Shown here: piece after piece, positions 37,721-51,626 of the stretch
How positions within the stretch are numbered: position 1 is the stretch's first letter
Layout of the letters: each line of letters starts with the position of its first letter
Made by a program: the position numbers and the translations under genes
Source: Octopus sinensis
Taxonomy: Eukaryota
Assembly (NCBI RefSeq): GCF_006345805.1
Contig: NC_043005.1
Span: forward strand, 103,106,001 to 103,170,000
Direction of reading: 5' to 3'
Length of the DNA: 64,000 nt
Notes under the pieces: generated by a model
What the model was told of the DNA's origin: nothing
The model's input: only the letters and a program-made list of their open reading frames with translations
The model's database searches: none

Positions 37721-38524
37721 AGAAGATTGTCTTAGAGAGTCACATAACGTGCAAAGAAAGGGGCTGTCATTTCGAATCCCATGAATCACACAATATAGTG
37801 TATGAGGAAATACATTATCGTTTGCATGTCCGTAATAAACTTAGCAGTCACTAATTTCTGATGAGCATGGATAGGAGAGCGTGCCGTCTTACATCATGTC
37901 ATTTGAATGCCGTGACATATTCGTTTGTATTGCTAAAGCCCGGAGATGGATATGCTTAGTAAAACCGATTTCTTTCAGCAAACTTATATTTAGAAAATGA
38001 ATTTCGTGTGCTCCATAGAATGAATTCATCAGTCAATACAATAATACATTCATATTTCAATAAACTGGTACACATATACATACATACATACATACACACA
38101 CACAACCATACATATATATATGATTTCTGCGTTTATATCATAATTAAGTTTGCTTCTGCACTATCTACTTACGCTTACGCTAATTAACGTGCATTCAGAA
38201 TATACAGAGAGTCGTGTGTCTGTCTTCTCTTTTACAAACAAAAGATACAGAAATACATTATTTTAAATAATGATTTCTATCATACTACCATAGGCTAAAA
38301 TTTGGAAGTGTTGCAAATTCGATTACATCGACCACAGTTTTTTTCTACAATTTATCTTATCGTTGCTATGAAGAGGAAAGACAGCCCTACAACTAGGTTC
38401 AATTAACAGAGAATTAAAATTTCAATGTAGCAAATAATATGTAGAAGGCAGAGAAAAGTTATCGTGTGTCTTCTCCATATTTATGTGTTATATATGATAT
38501 AACATCAAATCCGTGGCATGTCTT

Positions 38525-39020
38525 CGACTTTCCGTTATGAGTTCAAATTGCGCTGAAGTCGACTTTGCCTTTCCTTATTTCCTAGTCGATAAATTAAGTA
38601 TTAGAGATCTTAGCATAATCGACTAGTCTCTTCCCACCCCCAAAGTTCAGGCCTTGCACCTAAAACAGAAAAAAATCATAAGGGATATGTATGGCGGCAA
38701 GCTGGCTGAAAAGTTAGCGCGCCGGGCGAAATGCTTAGCAATATTTCGTCCATCGTTACGTTCTGAGTTCAAATTCCGCCGAGTTAGACTTTGCCTTTCA
38801 TCCTTTCGGGGTCGATAAATAAAGTGCCAGTTTCGCACTGTGGTCGATGTAATCAACTTAATCCCTTTGCCTGTCCCCTCTATGTTTGGCCCCTTATGGG
38901 TAGTAAAGAAATATATACTACGTGAGACAAAGCAAACACCAAGCTGCATTTCTTCCTGCTTTACGTTCTGAGTTCAAATGCCACCAAGATCGACTTTGCT
39001 TTTCCTATAGTAGAAAGAAT
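38525..39020 (+). mobile_element. Cluster of SINE family 'C' pieces (38525-38680 partial, 38693-38912 full, 38955-39020 fragment)
   Basis: Repeated GAGTTCAAAT...GACTTTGCCTTTC motifs. Confidence 0.8.
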
Positions 39021-39376
39021 TACATAAAGGGTATGAATTTTTTGCCTAATAACTAGTAGTATTTTGATGACAATAGCTGTAGTTCTGGAGATGCATAACA
39101 TTTGCACCAGTTCACTCGCATACATTCATGCAGTCTCGTATTTTACTTCACGCAACTGAAAATTGTGTCTGGACGAGTCTAAAATAAGAATTACAAATTC
39201 ATAAAGTTCGTGTAACCCTTGGTCCATTGTATTATCTACACATCAAGATCTTCCAGTTTTCCGTATTTTCTATCAGTCTGTGAATCATAAACTGTATTGG
39301 TAAATTATAGAAAGAGTGAATATAGAAGGTCTTGACGTTGTTAACAAAAGCTATAACATCAAGTAATATGACAACA

Positions 39377-39635
39377 GTGGAGGCGCGTGGCTTAGTGGTT
39401 AGGGTGTCAGCATCATGATCGTAAGATTGTGGTTTTGATTCCTGGAAGGGGCGCCGTGTTGTGTTCTTCAGCAAAACACTTCATTTCACGTTGCTCCAGT
39501 CCACTCAGCTGGGAAAAATGAGTAACGCTGCGACGGACTGGCGTCCCGTCCATCTGGGGACCACATACGCCATTGAAACCGGGAAACCAGGCCCATGACC
39601 CTGGCTAGGCTTTAAAAGGGCGCGTTTATATATTT
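39377..39635 (+). mobile_element. CORE-type SINE with a third tail type, with TSD
   Basis: GGCGCGTGGCTTAGTGGTTAGGG head and CORE block; 13-bp TSD TAATATGACAACA at 39364-39376 and 39636-39648. Confidence 0.9.
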
Positions 39636-39932
39636 TAATATGACAACAATGTCAATCACCAAGATTACGTTAGTATCCCGTTGCTTTTCTTAATAGAAAT
39701 AGCAGCTAAATTTCCTACAAACCGAATGAAGCATAATTTAATCTAAAACATAACTACGTTCTAAACAAAATGTGATTCACAGCAGCAACAAATTTAATTA
39801 TGGATCCTTTTGAATAATGTTAGACCTGGGGCAAAGGAACTACAACAAATCAACAATCTTTATATTCTATATTTGATATTATTATATATTCATGTTTTCC
39901 GCAATTCTGTCATTAACGTAAGTGAAATGAAA

Positions 39933-39984
<52 letters not shown>

Positions 39985-40941
39985 ATAATCGATAAAGCGC
40001 AGTACTCTAAGTTGAAATGGAAACTAACAAGTGAGTAGCTGAATAGACATACCTCAACATCATTGATGAAGTAGTAAAGCACATATTAAATTAATCTACG
40101 ATACCATGAACCTACTTGCATGTTCAAGATTTTTTTGCAGCTAGAACTAAATGGAAACACTTTATCTCATTCCAGATGCCATTAAATCGAAAATAAATAT
40201 ACTCAAAAATTAGAACAATAGTACATCAAATAATACATACAATTTGCCAAATAAGAAACATATTAGAGGTCAATTACATATACAACGTCCATCATTCTAA
40301 ACATTTCTAGAAAATATCTTGACAACCTTGACAACCTCCTTGGCTCTTGTGACACATGATCAGCTGTATTCAAGCGTTCTCCATCAGTCAATTAAGAGGT
40401 TTTATTTCTACGCTTCAGAAATTATGACACCGTTTATGAGCGGCATATATGTCTAGTGAATGACTATAAGAATGGTTGATCCCATTAAATATATTGAAAT
40501 GACCTTTAGCTTCATTTAGCCGGCTATTCTGAAAAGAATCTAAATATCTAAATATATAATTGTCTGAAATTCTATGAGGATAATTTGTTTGTTGAAATCT
40601 GGTATTATAATCAATAATATTGATCTATTAAATAGAAACCAAATATTTGTATATATAATTATATATACGCACATACGTGTGTGCTTTTGTGTATGTCTCC
40701 GTGCGTGTGTGTGTGTGTGTGTGGCTGTGTGTGTATATGTGTGTATGTCTATGTGTATGTGTCTGTGCACTCATAGACATACATATCTGAGTACACCTAC
40801 TAATTGGCATTAGCTAAAATGTGCACATATATACATCAATGCATACTCTATATATGCTGTTATATTTTTATGTATATATATATAATATAATATGATATGT
40901 ATATATATATATATATATATACGTGTATATAATATATATAT

Positions 40942-40982
<41 letters not shown>

Positions 40983-42281
40983 CATATATATATATATAAA
41001 TGTATATATATATATGTGAATATTTCATATGATGCGTATCTATCTGTCTGTCTATTTATGTTTGTATATATATATATGTGTATGTGTGTGTGTGTGTATA
41101 TATGATTGCGTCTATGTGTGTATAGACACACATTTAAATACTCTGAGTCCTTTCTAAACTCATTTACGGAATTATGTATTACTCTTATAATATCTACCTA
41201 ACATGGTTAACGATTACAAATATTCAAACGCACTTTTGAATTGATCCTAAATTTCATTCTCTAAATAGATTGGGGTTTAATAGAATGCAGTTATCTTTCT
41301 CTCATTCACTCTCTCTCTCTCACTCCATCTCTCTCTTCCTCTACACACACACATATATATATATCTATGTATGTGCATGTTTGTATATATATATATATAT
41401 ATATACATATATCCACACATACCCATATATATATATATACATACATCCACACATACTCACACACATACATATGCACCTTCACACACACATAAGGTTGCTC
41501 ACATACACACACACCATAGCGACAATTAAAGCACAAATATACTCAGACAGACACAACACACACTCACATACACACACATGGCATCCCCACCAACACAAAA
41601 ACACACAAACACACAAACATAAACACGCACCAAATGGCGCACACATATACACACCCAGAGACACACACACTCACACCATTCTGACCTCACAGACCAGTCC
41701 CCAAAACCACTGAACCGTGAGACTAAAGAGAAACAACAAAAATTTCCTTTCAATCCCACATTGCTCCTACTTACCCTCCCCCACACACACACTGTCCCTT
41801 AAAATAGTAATCAGTCTATATTTAGTTTCACAGAAAATGGTAAAACAGGTCAGTTTATCTCAAATTATTTGTAAACAGCTAAATTATGCATATATATATA
41901 TATGTATACCACCAAAATATGACCTTTTTGAACCTATAATATTCTGTGTGTATATATAGATACTTCCAAACAAACAGGCTTTTTAATGAAATCCTATTTT
42001 CAATGAACTGTTTAATATTTTCACAAGATTTTTCTTTGTAAACTGTTTTAACATTTTTCCTATTATTATCACAAAATGTATATATGTATTGTAATATTTT
42101 GTGTCAACCAGTACTTAACACAACAAAGCTTATACATAGCTTTACATTTTACTTTTGATAATCTTTTTCTAAAAAAGTGAAACTGGTCAAGTGAATATAC
42201 ATATTTTAAAACTGCATTTTCAAACCTTCTTTCATATATATTTCCACTCGTGCGGTATCTTACAACTTCACTTTGTTGTAT

Positions 42282-42353
<72 letters not shown>

Positions 42354-43200
42354 TATATGTATGTATGAATGTATGTATGTGTGTATGTATGCATGTTGTA
42401 TGTATGTATGTATGTAGTATACATCTATTGTATATATGGTCTATGTGTATGTGGGTATGTTTGTATGTATGTGTATTTATACTCGTACATCCTCACATAC
42501 GCGCGTATACATATGAATAGGTTCATTTACAGGACTTGCTTCAGAAACCAAGTCATTTATACCTGAAGCAATATCTGAATCCCTGACTCTTGTTGAAGCT
42601 ACGTGCTCAGATGTTACAACTACAAGCTGTATAGATACTGGAACAATGAAGTCGATTGGTCGATTGGTAAAGGATGCACTTGTGTTTGTCTCAACACTCA
42701 GTGAAAATCTTGCCATTTCTTGCAACTGATATGCCACTGCATCATCGCTACGAGTATTGTTCGTTGCTTCTTGATTACTTGTTACCAAGCTAGACATTGA
42801 TGTGGATGACCGTTGTGGTATTAAAAATTTGTAATAGATTTGCACTGCATGCCTGGTTCATACCAGTTTGCTTCTTCTGCTGTTTGCATATAAGTAATCC
42901 AGATTTCTGCTTTTCCTTTCCCATGCTGTTAGGAGTAATATTCCTGATATTAAAAGTTAAAACTTAATTTAAAATACCCTACATTGGGAAAAATTAGCAC
43001 ATACAATATTTATACATAATTACTTATACATTACTAGGATTAGGATAAATATAGTAGATTATATATTTCTAAAGTAATATTTTAGCTACTGTTTAATCAA
43101 CTATGTTGGTTGATTAATTAATATAAATTAAAATCAGACAAATAGTATTGTCCTCTCTCACAATCTCAGATTATAAATATAAATATATATATATACACAC

Positions 43201-43292
<92 letters not shown>

Positions 43293-43311
43293 ATGTATAT
43301 TATACATACAT

Positions 43312-43361
<50 letters not shown>

Positions 43362-43471
43362 TCTTTATCTTTTATTAACTTTTAATACTTTATATTTATA
43401 TAATAAAACAAATTTAATTAATAAATAAATTAATTAATAAATTAAATAATATATAAATATAAAAATATACA

Positions 43472-43514
<43 letters not shown>

Positions 43515-44303
43515 ATATATATATTTAAAATTTATAAGTTTAAATAAGTTTTTAATTTTTAACTTTTATAATTTTAAATTAATTTTATGTACTGGCTTAT
43601 GTTTTTCACTGTTTGATTTTTGCCTAAAAGTGGTTTTATCCCTAATTTAATATAATTATATATAATATATTATATATATATATATATAATAGCTACGCAC
43701 ATACATTCACACACATCCACACACTCATACGCACACTGTGCGTTTACGTATTTTTCACTCGTTGTTGACGTCCTCTACTTAATGTTTTTTTTTATTCCTT
43801 TGTAATCGAACGCCACACAGCTTTGTCCACAGTAATTTCTCACACACATACACTCACACACTCACTCACACACACACAAACACATACACATCTATATACA
43901 CATATATAGACGACACAAGGTCAACTCAAAATATCATTAGTTCACCTAGTTCGTTGCTTTATGGAAATGTGTTGCACAAAGATTAATGTTTTACTAGTGG
44001 AAACCGTGGAAATATCACAGAACGAAATGGATTAAGAGAAGCTATTTCAGGCAGAAAAGATGATTTGCATTTTGATTTTATTTTGCTAAATATTTCACTT
44101 CCAGTCACAATAATATATTATATTTTAAGATTTCCATCTACTAAGCACGTTATATTTCTCTTTCTTTCTACCTCTTCAACAAAATTTTCTATGTAATCCC
44201 CGTCTTCATGTCTTTAGCATTTTCTTGTTCTTCCCCTCTTACTTGAACCAACTTTTTCTCTCTCTCTCTCTCTCCTCTCTCTCTTTCTCTCTCTTTCTCT
44301 CTC

Positions 44304-44336
<33 letters not shown>

Positions 44337-45435
44337 TTAATTTTGATGTAACTACCTTCCCTGACCATCTCACTTTATCCTTCACCTCACCACCAGAATA
44401 TTCACCTCTGCTAAATATTGTATCCCAAACATGTCTTTATCTTCACCTTTCCCTTCCCACCCCCAAAGGCCGTCGTTAACACTTCTCTTTCCCTCTTTTT
44501 CTCTCATTGTCATTTTCTATCGCTCTTCGCCTCTCCATTCAACTAACGACGTGACTGATTCGGCTTTATACATATTTACTCTACATCTTCATCACGTCTT
44601 TCTTCTCAACACCCTCTCTCTCTCACCCTCCCCATTTCTCTCTCACTCACGTATCTCATGCCACCTCCACCTCTCTAACTAAATGAAGTATAACGGGTAA
44701 ACGAAGAAACGTTATTATATAGATCACTTTATTCAATTACGACGGGTTGATGCTAAATTTGACATCACACTTTGTAAGGTACTTGACAAGGCAAATAACG
44801 GTAATTATTTACCTAATAGAATATACAGTGTATTACATAAATAAAAAGTTTCACTTAGAAGAGAATGATTTAATTACTTGAGAAATCAACTTAAAAAAGA
44901 TTATTTCATGAGTTAATTTCTGTAGTTAATCCAAAAGTTTTTCCAACATTTAATTTATATATGGACTCTAACGTCTAATGTCGGTCAAGGTGACCCCCTG
45001 GCCAGTCTGCCACTGTCTGTATGTATGTATGTGGGTATGTATGTATGTATGTATGTATGTACGTCATTATTTTTACATTTATGTACGTATCTATGTGCGT
45101 GCAGATTTGTATGTTTTACGTATGTATTCTCATGCATACAGTTGCATATCTATACATGCACATATATATTTAAATGATAAACTTCTGGAAAGTTTATAGA
45201 TTTATAGATTTTTACAGTTTTATAGATTTTTTACAGTTCTAGCGATGGATTGGATCGGTAGTCTTCGAATTAGCTTTCTCCTTTCTGGTTTTGAGAAGCC
45301 TAATTTCTCAAGATCGGTAGTGTGTCACATATCTCAGGGTCTCAATAATCCCAGGTATAAATCCGAACTTGTAATCGGGATAGAGTGACTACAGAGTTCT
45401 CAATAATTCATGTACGTATGTCTGAACACATGTAC

Positions 45436-45492
<57 letters not shown>

Positions 45493-45539
45493 CATACATA
45501 CACATACATACGCACACATACATACATACACACACATCA

Positions 45540-45586
<47 letters not shown>

Positions 45587-45669
45587 TATATATATATGTG
45601 TGTTGATAGAAATGGTTAAGACAACGAAAGAATGAAAGAGACCTGGATATTATGTAAATAGATGATTTA

Positions 45670-45851
45670 TCTGTAAATATATGTGACAATTATTCGGTAG
45701 CCATGCTAAAACTCCGAGTTTCGGATGTCAGGGCGGAAACCCACGCCGGCCCGATAACTGAAGAGATGCCGGCGTGGATTTCCGCCCCGACATCCGAAAC
45801 TCGGAGTTTTATCATGGCTACCGAATAATTATCACTTATTATATTTACAGA
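45670..45851. repeat. Near-perfect inverted duplication (core 63 bp with 3 mismatches, 17-nt loop), flanked by (TA)n
   Basis: 45688-45750 versus the reverse complement of 45768-45830; the match extends more loosely to 45670 and 45851. Confidence 0.95.
45753..45813 (+). ncRNA. Type I hammerhead ribozyme, apparently intact
   Basis: GAUAA [CUGAAGA] GAUG-...-CAUC-C [GAA] ACUC-G-GAGU U | UUAUC. Stem I is 5 bp, stem II is GAUG/CAUC with one extra C, stem III is quasi-palindromic. GUU cleavage is predicted after 45808. Confidence 0.75.
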
Positions 45852-45867
45852 TATATATATATGTATG

Positions 45868-45945
<78 letters not shown>

Positions 45946-45997
45946 GAGAGAGAGAGAGAGCGGAGAGAGAGAAGAGAGAGAGAGAGGAGAGAATTTA

Positions 45998-46570
45998 CGA
46001 AGACAGGTGGTGTACAAAACAAACAAGCTGTATTAGTATAACGCTCAGGAATAGAAAAAGTCTGTTATGTTTCGAGCCTACGCTCTTCTACAGAAAGGGA
46101 CACAGAAAAAAACAAGGAGAGAAAAAAATATGTGTAGTGGCTAACGATGTATCATGACGACTGACTCGGACAGAAGTGTCACACACGAGAGGGAAGAAGA
46201 AGGGGAGATAACAAAGTAAAGATGACCCCCATACACGAAGGTGCGTGTGTGTATAAGTGAGTATTATGTGCGTGTGAAAGAGGGCTGGTGGTCTGGACGT
46301 GTGCGTATGGGTATGTGTAGGTGTGAAAATATGGGGATGGGTGTGGAGGTGGTGTTTTGTGATGTGATGTGTAGTGTCGTATGGCGTAGTGTAGTGTGGT
46401 GTGATGTTTTTGGGAGGTGTATACTTCAAATTTACGGAAAAACAAAAGACGAAGACAGGTGTATAAACAACAAATTGGTGTATTAGTTGACGCTCGGGAA
46501 GGTAAGAAAGTCTTTTTACTTTTCGAGCCTACGCTCTTCAACAGAAAGAAACATGAGGAAATAAACAGAG
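45998..46570 (-). mobile_element. Two direct copies (~451 bp apart) of a repeat carrying variant minimal hammerheads
   Basis: GACGAAGACAGGTG...TTCGAGCCTACGCTCTTC.ACAGAAAG at 45998-46110 and 46449-46550. Minus strand reads UUU-CUGU(A/U)GA-A-GAGC-GUAG-GCUC-GAAA. Confidence 0.7.
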
Positions 46571-47050
46571 AGTATATATATAATATATATATATTATATA
46601 TATTATATATATATATATATATTATATAATATATATATAATATATATATATAATATATTAATATATATATATTATTTATAATATGTATATATACTTGGGA
46701 AGAATGATGTTTGACATTAAAAGTCAAAGTAACGTTAGTGGCAGCAACAACAGTTACTTGCATCTCAGTATTATATATATATATATAATTATATATATAT
46801 ATATATTATATATATATATATATATATAGATGCGATACATTACTAAATAATGATGAAAATACGTAAGCACACTCACGCACTCATAAACACACTTAAATCT
46901 TTTTAATCTGGATGAAGCAAGTAATTCTGTATAAATAATTGATCTAAATATACATCTGTGTCTGTGTAGAATGCATGAAATTAGTTATAATTCAAATTAT
47001 GTGATGAAAACTTTTATATCATGATTTTTGCCATCGCATATACGTCGTCG

Positions 47051-47098
<48 letters not shown>

Positions 47099-48490
47099 TA
47101 ATGATAATAAAATTGTGATAGTAACATTAAGTAGCGGAACCCAGGGAAATCTCAAGGTATTGGCTTGTGGACATTGAGAAATTTAGTTACTTTTGTTGTG
47201 CTTATAGTGGAGACAACGGCGAACGCCATCAAGATATACTGAGAAAGTGCGTGTGAGAGAGAAAGAGAGAGCGTAGGTGATAAATCTTAGTTGAGGAGAA
47301 GAAAGACACAAAATGAAACATTAAATCGATAAATAAAATTATTATTATAGAAGAGCTCACGCACAAACAATGGCACACATACACGCACACACATGTACAT
47401 GTGTATAAACATACACTGAGAAATGTATTAGTTTGATCTGATGATATTATCGGTAGGATAGTAGTTAATGGATGAGGAGGAGGAGGAGGAAGTTTTGTGG
47501 TGGGAGTGAATTTTGTAATTAATAAGGAGCTAGCAGTAAACAATTTATTTTGAGGAACCTGAAGAAAGGCCATACACTATTCGACGCATGCGCCTTAATG
47601 CAAGTATCTATTGCGGCTGCCACAAACATTACTATGACGTTTAATGTCAACCATCATTCTTCCCAAGTAATATATAGTTATCTTCATTACCGTCATCACG
47701 ATATAAATTAATCACAAGTCTTATTTTCTATTGTTTTATTACAATCTTAATCCAGTTACATCTCTTAGCGTTAGACAAAAAAGAAGAAAAATGAGTGGGG
47801 AATATAAGAACGTAAAATCGTAAGACTACAGAAATCATCGCCATCTCCATCACCACTATACTGTTTATCAGCATCGTCATCACACTCTACATCTATCGTT
47901 ATTTGCTTCATCATAGTTGACATCGTTTTCTTCATCTTTATAACAATTATAAACTCATCTTTATCACAGTTACCGCCACCTTTTCTTTCTCTGCAGTAAT
48001 TATGATAGTTAGGGCCATTGTTGACATCACAGTAATTAATTGTTATCAATAATATATCCATCATAATACCAATTTTATCATTTTTATCACCATCATCATG
48101 AGTATCATCACGATCATTGGCACAACCAATATCACCATGAAAACCACTACCGCCATCATATTCTATAAGACGAACTATTTTTCTCAACTAATATTTCATC
48201 ATAATCAATGGTGCTATCGACATTGCGGTTGTCATAGTGAACATTTATATATAGCTTTGGGGTTAAACTAAACCGCCTTTCCCAAAATTCATATAATCTC
48301 TTATTTGCTACATTGTACTAAATTCTATGCGCAATCCACCAATCAAAAGTTATTGAAATCACTCATAAATATTGATTAGTCATTTCAAAAGGTGAACCCT
48401 CACCGCCACAGAAGTTTGAACGAAGCTCCATCATTTAGATAATGAGTTCGATACGAGAAGGACAATTATGTGTATGGATATATATGTATA

Positions 48491-48561
<71 letters not shown>

Positions 48562-48663
48562 TATATATATATCTACATATATATATATATATAATATATA
48601 TATATATACATAATATATATATATATATATAATATATATATGTATATATATATATATAATATA

Positions 48664-48739
<76 letters not shown>

Positions 48740-49478
48740 CATAACATAGATATATATAAAATACAAAATGAGACAAGAACGCAAAACATCCAAATAGACG
48801 AAACAAAAAACACGGACTTTAATCTTCAGTCAAGAAGCGGTTCATCCTCGCAATTTCGGCGTGTGTATATATGTATGTATATATATATAAATATGTGTGT
48901 ATATATATATATCTATATATGTATATGCATGTATGTGCATGTTTGTAATATATATGCGTATATATGAACATATGCATACATACACATACACATACACACA
49001 CACACAAAGACGCTTATAATATCGTCGAAGTTGACTCGTATCCGAGTCATAGGTCTGTTGCCATTGATTGACCGCTTCATCTTGATCGGTGCGCAGGATG
49101 CCGATGCCTAAGATGGCTGATCAGGCCAAGGGAGAGCTGCTGGGAGACGAGGAGGTGCGGGTAGTTCTTCGATGTCTGATCTGTGTCTCTTGATATCCGT
49201 TGCATCTTCAACGCCTCGTCTCTGTCTACTGATATCCGTTACTCTCCATCAGGTCTGTTCTTTCGGCGATGACATACAGCCATGCTACAAGGTTCTTGAC
49301 GATCGTCTCCCGGATATTTGGATCAACGGATCAGCAGAAGATAATGGCTTTGAGCTGGTCTCGGAGATGAAACCAGGATGAAGTCTGGTCCGACATCTCA
49401 TCAGTTATTAAGACAAACGTTTAACTTGTGGAAGTCAGGGCTTTATGGAGCAGTTCCTTGTCTTAATAAGTAATGAGC

Positions 49479-49599
49479 AAACTTCAGTCCCGAAGCAAAC
49501 TTCAGTCCCGAAGCAAACTTCAGTCCCGAAGCAAACTTCAGTCCCGAAGCAAACTTCAGTCCCGAAGCAAACTTCAGTCCCGAAGCAACTTCGTCCGGC
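49479..49599. repeat. 18-bp minisatellite (AAACTTCAGTCCCGAAGC) x6 plus a partial unit
   Basis: Six identical adjacent units with no spacers. Confidence 0.97.
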
Positions 49600-49630
49600 A
49601 TAAACAAATTTTATTATATATATAATAACA

Positions 49631-49667
<37 letters not shown>

Positions 49668-49900
49668 ATATATATATATATAATATGTATGTATGTATGT
49701 ATGTATATGTATATGTATGTATATAATGCATGCATGTGCATGCATGTGTGTGTGGGTGAAATACATATGTACATAGGTAGATAAATACATACATGCATGC
49801 GTACATACATACTCACACAAAATTTCAATAAATACACTCAAATGTGTGCATGTACGTTTGTGTCTATGTATATATGTGTACGCACACATGCATATGATAT

Positions 49901-49933
<33 letters not shown>

Positions 49934-50152
49934 AGTAAATGTAAGACATAATACATGTATACATATAAATACATTCGATGCTGATTATTAGAAAGAGAGT
50001 AGGGGAAATAGAGAGGAAGATGCATCGATAGATAAACACGTAGATAAATATATTTGAATACAGACGTATATATACACACATATATATATACATATATATA
50101 TACATATATATATTACATATATATGTATAATATATATACATATATTATATAC

Positions 50153-50185
<33 letters not shown>

Positions 50186-50248
50186 CATATATATATACAT
50201 ATATATATACATATATATGTATATATATATATACATTATATATATACA

Positions 50249-50313
<65 letters not shown>

Positions 50314-51037
50314 ATATACATATATACACACACACACACACACACATATAATATATTAATATATATGGGTGTATAATGTATGTACATATATGTATGAATT
50401 TATGTACGTATGTATGTATGTGTATATGAATGTATGTATGTATAACCTTAAACGAGAAAACCAGATCTGATGAGAAAGACAAATATTCAGTATTCCCATC
50501 AATTTCTAATATATTCTGATTATATTGTTGTCAATAGAAACATATATATGTCTTCTTTTTGCCATATATCTCTTTATATCTATTGGTGAACTTTTAGCGT
50601 GGTCTTCTTAGCTTCATCTCCTCCGTCCACTACACGGTTTCCATTATGAGTAAGTTCAAAGCAATCATTTAATCAGTCATCTATTCAACACCATCCAACA
50701 TTTATGAGAACGTTAATGTAATGTAAAATTATTCGGAAGTAGAAATCGCCACTACAAATACCAACAGACACGACAACAAACATGAGTAAGTAGAACAACC
50801 AAAACAACTACGAGTCTTAGAAACAAGGACGGTGGATAAAAGAGGAAATACAAAGAAGAAACGAAATTTGGCGATAAAGTAGAATTAGTAAACGATAAAA
50901 TAGCAGAATAAGAGGAGAAGAGGAAGAAGAAGAAGAATAAGAATAGTGACAGTAAATGAGAAAAGTAATATAAATGTATTGTAATTTTATTGAAGAATCG
51001 CATACTATGTCAATCACATACACTCAACTTGCCTTGC

Positions 51038-51085
<48 letters not shown>

Positions 51086-51417
51086 GATATATATATATAT
51101 ATATACATACATATATTCATATACATAATATATATATATATTTATATATATATATTACATATTACATATACAATACATATACATATATATATATATATTT
51201 ATATATATATATACATATACATATACATATATATATGTTATATATATATATATCTATACATACATATTATAATATATAAACAGAGAGAGAGAGAGGGGGT
51301 AGATAGATAATTTGATATGTATATATGTATGTGTGTGCATGTGCGTGGTATTTATGCATATAAGTATATATTCACTTATATACTCACACACCATATATAT
51401 ACTTATATACATATGTA

Positions 51418-51466
<49 letters not shown>

Positions 51467-51590
51467 ATACATACATATACATATATATTAAATTTTTAAA
51501 AAAGGAAGAACACAACAATAGAAAAACAACAACGTGAGGACCTGGTACATGCAAAGTCTTAGCAGACGCTCAGGGAAGGAAAGAATAATA

Positions 51591-51626
51591 GTTTTTACTT
51601 TTCGAGCGAAGCTCTTCGTCAGAAAC
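51591..51626 (-). ncRNA. Minimal hammerhead, near-intact, in a relative of the 46-kb repeat
   Basis: GUUU-CUGACGA-A-GAGC-UUC-GCUC-GAAA-A-GUA-AAAAC. Canonical CUGANGA; the usual GAAAC is GAAAA here. Confidence 0.55.

Noticed and set aside
37858-37975. CUGAUGA-GCAU...AUGC candidate hammerhead
   Set aside because: No GAAA directly after stem II and no stem I.
43380-43680. Extremely AT-rich, irregular tract
   Set aside because: It looks like a degraded or mis-called (TA)n region; no structure is supportable.
49479-49599. CRISPR-like array
   Set aside because: Identical adjacent 18-bp units with no spacers, no cas genes, and a eukaryotic context.
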